From IMG/VR virus record IMGVR_UViG_3300023174_005338, positions 248,001 to 312,000 of that record: a stretch of 64,000 bases of DNA; one strand, given 5' to 3'. The notes under the pieces are model-generated. The model searched no databases. It was not told the DNA's origin and saw only the letters and a list, made by a program, of their open reading frames with translations. The position numbers were made by a program, and so were the translations under genes. Position 1 is the first letter of the stretch. Each line of letters starts with the position of its first letter. Below, in pieces: positions 1 through 12,000 of this stretch.

Positions 1-3000
1 TTCCTTCAGCATAACTGGCCACTAGATATGACCACTCAACTATGTCACTGGCGTATTCATAACGATCATACCTGATCGTGGTTTTAATGCTTCTGACTAG
101 ATTGTTGCCCATGACCGGTACCAAGCCATAGCCATAGTTGGCAGTGCTGTCGTTGGTGTCATTGACTGCTATGGACGGCGTGGTCAAATAACTGGTACCA
201 GGTTGAGTCACTGTAACTGTGGCAATGGTTCCATTGGCTCGTAAAACTGCTGTGGCCTGTGCTCGCAGACCTGAATAGGTCAGAGTAGCAGTTCCATTGG
301 CTAGACTTCCACTGGTAAATCTTGGTGCATTGGTTCCTGTGGTGCCAGCCACGGTCACAGTGTACAAATTGTTGCCATAAAACACCTGATCACCCAACGC
401 AAGAGCAGTTGAAGCAGTCCATTCGTTGCCTATGGTTATGTAAGGCACAGCAGAATACGTGGTAGTGGTATCAATCACAGTGATGGCCTGCACACTCAGT
501 CCGTAGTTGTTGAACCAATCACTCCAGGGTCTTTGCAACCAGATCTCTGCATCAGCCGAGGCATCACTGACAAATGATTGTGTCACACTGTTGCTGTAGT
601 CATACGGTGTGAGTACGGGACTCACAAACTGCGGAATGTCCAATGTGGTATTAAAATAGGCCGGAACATCATAGTCAGTTAGAGCTCCTGCATACAGATC
701 TATACCATCATATATGAGATTAAATTGAAGATTCTGCACATGATAAGGCTTGACTTCATTGAGATAGTCCAGCACAAAAGTCTGATTGTCTGGTTGGAAC
801 AGCTCATAGGGCAGTAATCCGCGAATCACATGATCCACAGTGATATAACTGGTTTTGATCAACCATTCTGGAGCACCAAATTCACTGTAAATGAACTTGA
901 ACAACAAGATCAAACTCTGATTGCGTTCGATCAACAAATCATCCACAAACAGTTCTTCATTGATGGCTCGAACGATATAGCGTGTTTCGGTATTGGGTGC
1001 CTGATCAAAATAATTGCCGTCAAATACCTGAGCGTCAAAACCGTAACCACCCAGAGCATAGTTCCACAAAGTTTCACTGAATTCTATGGTACCATCTTGC
1101 AAGACCACACGATCCCATCCAAGATCAGTGCGCAAGTAAATTTCAAATTTGCCTTGGCCGTTGGCAGTGACCTTGACACTGCTGCCTACTGGTGCTGTTT
1201 GCAAATTCAGTGTTTGCAGACCAGCGACATTGGCCACCGTGGCCACAGGCTGTATGCTGGAGTTGTAACCAGGCCGGTACCAGTCAATGTAGTTCCAGTA
1301 CAATGTGGTATCATAGGTCTGCACTTGCACCAGATCCAACACTCGTTGACCTGGCTGGGTGCCAGCGTTGACCTGATATATGGTCCAGCGACCATTTTGA
1401 CTGGCATCATTGGTCACTAGATATCTATAACCCAAGGGCACGACGTACAGATTTTGATAACTCAACACTTCAAGATTGGCCACTTCAAAATCCCAGGCAC
1501 CAGACACCGAGGATGGTATGGGTTCCTGAGAATTCAACAGATTAAAATTACGAGTTTCACTGATGGGAAACTGAGCCAACACTGTGTTGGCGCGACCTAG
1601 ATAGTTTTGCAATGCATTGAAACGATTTTCAAACATGCTCTGTCTAGGGCGGAATTGCACACCATACTGCATGCCTGGACTCAGCAGTGGATCTGGCACC
1701 ACAGCTCCAGTGGTAGTGGTTCCACTCAGACTGTCCAGTAATTTCCTATAGAGATTGGCATTCAAAAACGCATTGGGTTTGCCATCAGGAATAAACTCAT
1801 ATTCCTGGTGCACATCAGCTGTGCCTCCTTGAATCTGTCGATCATATTCCACATGCAAAATTGTGTTGTTGGCCGACAGCAAACTGCCAGCATTGTACAA
1901 GGCTATGGCATTGGCAGTCAAGGCTGCAATGTAAGGCAGACCGCTGCCGGCGGGATTTAAAATATAACTGGCAATGGCAGTGGTACTCAGTGTTTTTCTG
2001 GCCTGTGTGGCCACAGTGCTAATTCCGCGTACCCAGAAGAAATATGTGGTTTGTAATAGACCTTGATTGTCAATAGAAGCATGCACTGTGTAACTGGTAG
2101 TGCTGAATGGTGTTCCTGGGCCAACATAGTTGGCTGGAGGAACACTGCTGGCTGTCCATTGATAAATGTCAATGGTGCTGCCTGGGAAAACCTGACCCCA
2201 TCTGGTGCTGGCATAGATCAGATTGTCTTGATTGGCGTCGATAAATCTCACTGAGTTAGTATCCCACCAGATTTCGCCCTCATGCGCTGGGCCCCAGCTG
2301 GTGCCAATGTTGTGTATGGTACCTGTGTTATAGCTGGCAGGATCAACTGCACCAATGTAGTCAATGTTTCTGCGAGCCACACCCAGTATCTTGCCCTGCA
2401 ACGGATCAATGTAATCAAAATAGGTTTGAGTGCTGTTGAGCAGTTTGTCATAGGAGTACACTGAATTGATCAGGTTCACATCCACTGTGGGTTGTTGGGC
2501 ATGTATCACTTGCCACACTGCGTCATCGTTGGCATTGTCCAACACCGACACGCTGCCGTAATTTGCGCTGCTGTCGCCCAGATCATTGCCAGGGGCCCCA
2601 ACCAAGAGTCGACCACTTCTGTAATTGACTGCAGATCCAAAACGATCTCCAGTGTTCAACGCAGTGGTGTAAACCTGTTGTCCAAACACAAATTTGCCTG
2701 GATTGCTCAAACTGGTGTTTGCACTAGGCAGGTAATCATAGGTGTAAACCACACCGGAATTGGCCACGGAGTCAAAGAACGTGGTGCTGCGATCATCAAA
2801 GTAGGTTTCACCGGCATCAAAAATAGTAGGTTCATACACAATGCCATTGGGCGAACCCACTACCAAATTTTCTGCCCCGGTGTTGACGGCCACTGCGGCT
2901 CCGAACTGTGCAAAATCAGTGGGATTTGGACTCACAATGGTCTGCGTGTAAGCATAGGTAGTAAAGCCAAGATCATAAAATGCTGTGCCAATGGCACTGT

Positions 3001-6000
3001 CGTCGGCAGTGAGTCCAGGCAACACCGTGAGTTTGTTAAAGATAGCAGCAGCTGCAGAGTTTATTACACTCACGGTCATGCGTCCAGACACCACAACAAT
3101 TTCACTGTCAAGAGCCGGGGCCTCTACAAAGATTATGCTCTGATAGTTTGTAGACAATTCGTTGTTGTCATAGGTGTAGTTGACTCCTTCAGTTTGTAGC
3201 ACATCATTCACATACACCACGGTGTTATATGCTGTGGCTGATGAATACATGTTGCCAATGGAATATATTTTTGTGGAGCCGTCACCGGTAAATGTAGCAT
3301 TGGCACTGGCTGTGGCCACCACATTGGGAATATTTGGTTTTATATTGGGGGTTGGTCCATTGATAGCCGCTATCAGACCGGCAACATTGTTTTCAGGGGC
3401 ATTAGGAACAGCCACTTCTTGATTGTTGATTCGAATGGTGTCGCCGGCAGTCAACACCGGATTGGCCACAGTGCTGGTGGTGATTCCATAAATTCTAGAT
3501 TGATTGACCTGGCGCTGAACCATGCCAGCTTGCGGCACTCCAGTGGCGCTGGAATCTAGTGGGGCGCCTACATATACACTACAACTGTTGGAACAGATGT
3601 CCACGCTTTGTCCAAATTCTGATTCATCTATCACTGTGTTTGCTGAAAACTTTTGAACAAATTGGAATTGATTGGTTTCAATTTCCAAAGTATCGCCCGC
3701 CGTCAATGTCACGGAATTTGACAACACCACATCAGAACCGCTGACTGTGAATTGTCCATCAATATATTGATCTGTGTTGGTCAGATACTGATTGTTTAAT
3801 ACAACTGACACTGGATCTGCCGACGATCCTGGTATGCTGTAAGTCAACTGAGAAGGATCGCTGATTATGTATTTTACCACACCGCGGTCAAATGCATACA
3901 CATTGCCAGCATTGAGTATAACATCTCCTTCGGCGTCGGGCGCACTGTCGTTGGGAGCACCAGCCAAAATTTGTCGCCCCAATTGGTCCACTGTCAGGCT
4001 GGTTCCCATGGCAGCATCGTTGTCTATGTAGTTGGCTGATATGGTAGCTGTGTATTGCCAATATGCACCCACAGTGGCCGATTCTACCTGGATGATGGCC
4101 TGCGGTGCTGGCACTGTCAAGAAAGTCAATGTGCCGGTGTTGAATGTGTAGTCAATATAAGCACGTTGCAAAACTCCATTTACCTGCACTGTGAATGAAT
4201 CATAATTGTCAGCGGTGTACAAATAATCAGTCAACGAAAACACAGAAGTATTGTTGACCGCACTGCCTGTGTAGGTGAACGCTGTGATTCCACCGCTGAC
4301 TACCTGGGTCACGGTCACTGTGATGTTGTTGGCCGCGCTGCCGCCTGGATCAACCTGTGTATAGCTGATGGTCAACTGTTCGCCCACTGTGTATGCTGTA
4401 CCCGGTGCTGTGAGAGTCACGTTGTACAGTCCTCGTGTGTTGGTCACTGTAAACACGGCACCTGTGCCTGAACCAGTGGTGCTGTTTTGTGTCACTCCAA
4501 AATAATTATAAAAATCTAGTTGCACCGATTGTCTTCTAGCAATAATCAGTGTTTTTCCTGCAGACGGAGTGGACAGTAATTGCACAACCACACCGGACAA
4601 GGTATAATCTGTGCCCGGCTGTAACAAAACGTTGTCCAAGGTCACAAGTAACTGTGCTGGGTATGTAGAATCAACTTCAATGCTGTCGCTGTAGACAAAT
4701 GTGGCTGTGGTTCCGTCGGTGGTATAAACTATCGACTGCCGAGGCACATCAACTCGACCATATGCATACAACTGATTAGCACCCGGAGCACTGACGTACA
4801 ACCAACGTTCATTGTCGCTGATCTGCACTGCTGTGCCAAATCCAATGGCTGCAAAATTTTCATTGGGCTCGACCAGCAACTGTGTCTGTATGTAATTGTT
4901 GGATCCTGGCACCAGGTACAACACAGTCACATAACCTGCTCCTGAATTGCTGGCACTGGCTCCGGCCACTGCCCAGGTTCTATCACCAAAGTCCACACTG
5001 TTTCCGTAGCCCACAGTACCAGTGGCTGTCAATGATAGTGTGGTATTTTCCACATAATCATTGGTGTCGCCCAGTCTGTATGTGTATACCGCACCCTGAC
5101 CCAGATTGGCCGCTGGAGATCCTACTAGCAGTGCATAATGACTGGAGCTCTGCGAAACACTGGTTCCAAACAAGGAGTTTGGTTCTGGGCTAGTGGCTGT
5201 CAAGGTATCTATAACCGCAAATGGATTGGTTTTTTCCAACACTTGCCAGTGCCCGTTTCCGTCGTTGTCTACCCAGACTGTGGCACCGGGCACCAGTTGT
5301 GTGGCGTATGGTAAATTTACTATGTCACTGGCCTGTGCCACCCGCATGGTCTGTAGATAGAATACCAGTCCTGTGCCTGTGATTGTTGTTTGATTGGTGT
5401 TGACAAATTCGTATTGTATAACCGCGGTGTCAATGGACGGTCTGCTCAAAACTCTGTACACTCCATCTACTGCATCACTGAAGTATCTGATTATGATCAA
5501 GTCGCCAATGGCCAAATCCACTGTGGTTGAGAATTGTGCGCGACTGGTGCCATTGAGGTTGTCGGTCAATTGTGTGAGTCTTCCAGGAATTTGAGCACAC
5601 TGATAAATGTTCCAGTCAAAACTGTTGTCTTGAGCTACCCAGATTCGGGTGCCGTTGCCCACAGTGTTTAGACTGGCAGCAATACTGGCAGGATTGTTGA
5701 GATTGAACACTGTGATATCAACATCGTTGATATTGACATAACCCGCTGAAGGTAATGCAGTGTCTGAATCAGTGACATACGTGGTTGGAAGAATGTCGGT
5801 ATTGGGTATTTTGTAACTTTCAGCCCAGAGATTGTCCAACAACACAGTTTGGTTGGCATCGCTGCTTTCGCCGGGTTGGATGATTTGTAAAGTGCCAGGG
5901 TTGCTGGTCAACTGTGCTTCATTCAAAACCACTTCGAACCAGCTGCGATTGGCATTGGCTCCATAGGTGCCCACCAAAATTCCCCAATTTTCCAGTATAC

Positions 6001-9000
6001 GATATTGTGCAGTTAAAGGGTTAAAATCAACTTGAGTAAACAAGTCTGTGGCCTTGGTGGTTCCTTTGGTTTTGATAAATTGCTGATAAAGATTGACCTG
6101 GCTGGTGTCGTCAAGATCTAGATCTACCATGTACTGTCTTGGTTGAAAGCCAATCAAACCAAAGGCCAACAGGTCATTGTCGTTGTTGAGATTGGCAGTT
6201 TGCGTGTCATAGCTGTTGGCCAACTGATCAGCCTTGGTGGCCAAGTTTTGTAGCAATCCTTGTTCGATGCGATCATAGTTGCTCTTGAGCCAGTCGGTGT
6301 ATTCAAACTTGGATTTGGGTTGCACTATGTTGGCTGCTTGCCAATAGTTATTTTTATAAAGTACAATGTCGCCCTTGGTGTATTTTGTGTTGGGTTTCCA
6401 GGCTACTACATTGTTTTGATTCAAAATAAACCCTTGTGCATTCAACGTGCCATTCCAGTCTGTGGATGTGGCTGCTGACAGGCGCAAACGACTTTGTCTT
6501 TCGGCAGTGGTGGGATTGTAGATCAAGTCATTGAATATGGTTCGGTTGTCCAACACAATCATGTCTTCGTAATCTGTGTATTTCAATTGCAAATAGCTGA
6601 TGGTTTGGCTTCCCCCTGGAGCAGGATTGACCGTGAACGTGTTGCCAATTCTGCGGATGATCAAATTTTTTGCATCAAACGCTTTGCGATTTTGATCCAA
6701 TATCAAGTTTTCAGGAGTGTAGGTCACAATGCTATCAACCACGGCACCTGCACGGAACGATGCGGCCTGCGTGGCCGACGGATTCAAATTGATAATTGTG
6801 CCGGTGTCCCAGCCTTGATTGGCAAAATATAAAAATTCTTGCGCCATCTGCAACCAGTTTAAGGTGTAGCCATTTTCTTGAGCAGTGAATGACAGTCCTT
6901 GACTGGCCAGGTACTCGCCGTAGCTCAGTAAGAAATCAACCACGCCGGCCAAGTTTGTAAATGTATATCCATAAGGAATTTGTACCAATTTGCTGGTGTA
7001 CTGTGATGGAACTGTCACTGAAATATTTCCACCGCTCAAGGTCTGCTGAAGGCCGGTCACACGGCTGACCAAGGTAGGAAAATATGGATCTGTGGCATTA
7101 TATCCATACACAGTGTATCCACCCTCGACTACTTCCACAATCACAGCACTGTAGGATATTCTGTTGAATGGCTGATTTTTGTACAGCAACAGATTGTAAC
7201 TTTCTTCTGGGATCAACAAACTGCTGTTTTCACTGTTGGGACTGCTTTTTTCCAGGTACATGGACAAAGTCTGTGATGCAATAAAAGAGGCTGCGCGATA
7301 ACACAGGCGAACATCAAGATTGGCCAGGTCCGTGGTCAAGGCATCTGTGCTGTCTATGCCCAGTTGTTGGTTGTAGTCCACGATCCAGTTGATGTAGCTG
7401 GCCTTGCTGACACCGTTGCCGTAGACTTCGATGTTTTGTGGCTGTATTCTGTAACGTCCGTTGTAGAGATACTGATCAAACTCTGGGCTGTATTTGTACA
7501 AGTCTCGGTCAGCAAACAGGCTGAAAAATTCTGCTGGGCGTGTGAGAATCAACAAACGCATGACGGCAAATGGATAACTGCTACTCATCCACCAACTTGC
7601 TTCCACTGGGCCGCCGTCACCTACTTGCCAACTCTTTTGGAAACCTTGTGGGTTATAAGCACCCATCACACTGTAGAATGGTGGCAACAACTCGCCTTGA
7701 CTGCCGACTGGAATCACCGATGTCAACCCAGGACGACGATATTTTGGTATCACATAAGGAGCAACAGGATCTGCTACTAGACCTGCTTCAAGGTCGCCCC
7801 ATAGCACCAAATTGTCACTGGTGTAAGGTGTTGGACCGTAGCGGTCGGTCCACCACTCAGGCTGTTCCGAGAATCCCAGCATTTCCCAGGGCGTGGTGTT
7901 TGGCGACATTGTGTCGTAAAAATAACGATAGATTCCACGCCAGGCGCCAAGCAAGGGTTGTTGATCAAGTCTGTTGCCGGCTTGACTGTAGTTGTAGGTA
8001 AATTCATTGTCAGCTACGTAAGTTTGACTGGTGTAATCCAATTTATTGGCACCTACCCAGCTCAGGAAACTTTCACCCAAAATCTGATTGACTTCTGCTT
8101 GAGAATAATCTGTGGTCCTGAAAAAGCCAGGAATCACATCTTCAGCTACCAAGGGAGGTAGATTGCCATCGTTTTTGAGATTGCTAAAAATACGTTGTTC
8201 AAATTCTAACAACACTTGATCTCTGATGTCGCCAAAGGCTGTAGTTATGCTTCCATCATGCCCTTGTATGACCAAGGTAGGATTCACATAGTTGGTATCA
8301 TAAAAGATCCTGGGCTCGTACTTGGGATACAGTCCCAGTTTGGTTGGCGTGTTGGGTACAAAATTGCCGGCGGTGTCGGCATATTCATTGATGGTTACCA
8401 CGTCACCTACGGCCAGAGTTTGTAAAATAGTCAGCGTGGGTCCTTCGGTGCTGACCACATAACCAGTGTCACGAGTCAGCAAGATATTGTTGACGTATAC
8501 ACACAGTCCCAGATAGTTTGATGTGCTAAAGTCATAGGTCTGCACCGTATTGAACGTGTTGATTGTGATGGGGTTAACTGTGTAACTGTTTGAAGTAAAC
8601 ACTGTGCCTGTGGGCAACATGTCACTCCAGTAAAAAGGATTTAGATTGGTTCGGCCAACAGTGATTTGAGCTATGCTACGATCCAATAGTTCAGCCACAG
8701 TCCAATTGCCATAGTCGGATATACCAAACGTGGTCACGGCGTTGAGCAACTGTGATTTGAATTTAATATATTCAGCACTGTTGTAGGCCAAGGATGCAAA
8801 AATATCATAGTTGGCATCACGCATGAAATAGCCGGTCAAGGTCAAGGGCGAGCTTTGTTGCAGTATCTGCAGGCCATACGGTATGATATTGCCCAGATCT
8901 CTAGTGTTGTTGGCGCCTATGGAAGGTCCCGACAATGCAATGAGATTTTCAGCTATGGATGTGTAGTGATTGCGTATGGTGCCCAAAGTAAACTGATCGC

Positions 9001-12000
9001 TGTTGTTGTTCAAAGGATTGTTTGACAAATTTATGGGCACTTCATAGAAACCGGCCACGCTGACCTGATCACTCAGTACCGACACTTCGATCACGTCGCC
9101 GGGCGCATAGATAGTTAACAAATTGATTGTGGTGGTATTGGTACCAACCGTGTATTGATAATTGTCAGCGGACTGAAATTGTCCATTGATATAGATTTGT
9201 ACTGCCGGCACTGTTTGATTTTGATTCACTGCTACATCTAACAGCAGTGGATTTCCATCATAGCTAAACTGAAATTGTTGACGCACCAGGCTGGACGTGA
9301 CGGCTGTTTGCCATCCAATTTCTCTCTGAAAGTCAACGCGATTACTGTACTGTCTCACAAAACCTGTGCTCAAAGGCAAGGTTTGGCCACGGTTGTCTAT
9401 GGTATAGTTGAACGAATCTCGGTAGAAATTGTTGTCAAATACAATGTCACCAATGTTGGTAAGACTTAGGTAAGTTAAAGGAAAGCCCAATACCAAATCT
9501 GGATCGGCATTGCCAATGGCATAACTAAACAACGGACTTCCATTGAAATTAGAACTGGGGTATATGGCCTGATTGCCAAAACTTATGCCATTGCTGTCGT
9601 AGATGTCAAACAATGGTGGTTGGTTCACACTGATTTTTTGTTGTGCTTCAATCCACTCTACTCCATCATAGTAGTAAGATAATCCTTGTTCAGTGATACC
9701 ACTGAGTATGACCACAGTTTGGTCGACCAGTGCCGTGGCTATGGGAGTCAACACAATCACAGGTACATCTACTATGGTTGAGTCTTCGGCATTGGTATCG
9801 ATTATCACAAATTGCACCTGATAAACTGTGCGACGCACATCAATGTCTGTGTCTGCGGCAAAAATAATTGTGCTTCCATTGATCAGCGTGTAACCATCGA
9901 TGCTGTAGCCCAATGATCCATTTACATTGCTCAAGGCATCAGTCTGTGTGAAATCAATAATGTCTACTGGTGCCAGCGCCTGTGTGCCAAAATCAAACAA
10001 TCTTGTACCAGCGCGATATTCCAAGATTGGTCTACGGGCACGAAAATTGTTGTTCAAGACCGGAACAGTGTTGTTGTATTCTGCACTGGCAGTGATCACG
10101 TCAATGTGGAACCAACGATTGCTGCGGGTCCAGGCATTGAGATCTGGACTGGCACGGTTGATAGTCAAGTAATCAGGCACAAGGGGTTGATTGAGACTGC
10201 CATCAAAATTTCCAAAGTCATAGGGAGTGGTATCATAGGGAATGGTCAGGCTGTCTGTGTAAGTTTCAGGTGTGACATAGTTGGTCACCGGCAACAGTTG
10301 AATGGCTGTGCCTACCCCTTCCACATAGTATGTTTGATTTTGGTAAGTGGCAGGATATACATTGCCTCTAAATACTACCTTCATGCCGTTGCTGAACACG
10401 ACTCCATTGGGGCTAACGTAGTTGACCGATCCAATGATTTCATCAACATCAATGGTGTCGGACAGTTCCAGATCAATGAGATTAATGCGTCCAAAAATTT
10501 CTGGATCTGTGCCGTCTTGATAAAATAAAACATTTCTGTCGGCTGTCAACAAAGGAATTTGTTCAAAATATCCGGCGGCATTTTTGTACCAGCCGGTGCT
10601 GGAATATTCAGCGCCAAATCCCACTGCAAACTTGTTGTTGAGATCAACATTTTGTACAAATTGCAATGACATATAGGTACCACCACCCGCGGCAGTTAGA
10701 TACTGTATACGCCATACACTGTATTGTGTAGCTTGGTCTGTGATGTAGGTAGTTTGATCAAATGTTGTAGAATCAAAGGATCCTGTGCCGCTTTGTACAT
10801 TGCCCACATTAAGCAAAGGATCAAAGAATGTGGTCTGTTGCCAGCCGCCGGTCACAGGATTTGAATCTTGTGTGATAAATGCTATGGTGCGATTTTGTAA
10901 ATTTGTGATGCCATCAATGCCAGTGGGATTGGCCTCAAAGAATGGTTCTAAGAATTGATTGTTGATTTGATCAAACTGCAACGTGGTAATCAAATCCACC
11001 GTGCCAATGCTGGGCATGTTGAAGTAAAAATTCTGTGCGTCGGCCAAAGGCACATTAAAGGTTACTGTGCCAAGATCTTCACCGTTGTTGGTCACACCCA
11101 GTACATCTCTACTGCTGATGTTGGGAGTGGCAATTACTCGTCCGTCAATACCGGGGTCTGTTTGAATCCAAAATCCAGGACCTGTGCCCGGTGTGCCATC
11201 CACAATGTTGAGCTGGCCGCGCAGATTAAACTGCAGATCATTGGCGTAATACAGTGTGTCAGGAGCATCTTGTGGCACTGTGAATGTAATAAGTCCTGCA
11301 GCGGCTCCATTGTTGAATACGCCTTGGTTGTAGATGTCTGTGGTTCCGAGACTTGGAGCAGTCTTGATATAGAATGCCCAGGGAAAGGACTGAGTGAGAT
11401 TGAACACATAAGTATTGCCTCTGACCAGGGTCAAGGTGGGATTGGCAGAATAATCTATGTTCCAGCTGCTGGTATCATTGTTGGTCACTCGGAAATTTAC
11501 AGTTTCCTTGTTGTTCTGTGCCACATCAAAAGTATAGGTTCCGCCACGCACCAGTGTTATGGCGGGATTGTTGCCGGCCACGCCAGAAAAAGTATAGACT
11601 CCATTGGCTCGGGTTACCGTAAAATCATCGGTCAACGGAACCGAGGTGGCCGATACATCCACTGCCAATGGACCACCGGGCAACCAATAGTATTGTGCAT
11701 AGTTGACAAACTTGTCCAGTTCAACAAATGGATCCCAGGTATAGTAGTCGCTGGTGTACAATCTGTCAGCGTTGTTGGTAAACGCACCTTGTACCTGCAA
11801 GGCATCGTTGATGCCAGGATAGGTTATGGCATCAACTACTTTGCTGGTGTTGGCAGGATCAACTTGCACAACTCCAGGCTCGAGCTGATAGTCAGTGCGA
11901 GTTTTGGTAGGTTCTACCACGTACTGATCATTGGCATTGACTCCAGGACCAATACGTCGACCTATGAATCCTTGGGTCTGTGTGAATCTGGGATTTTGGA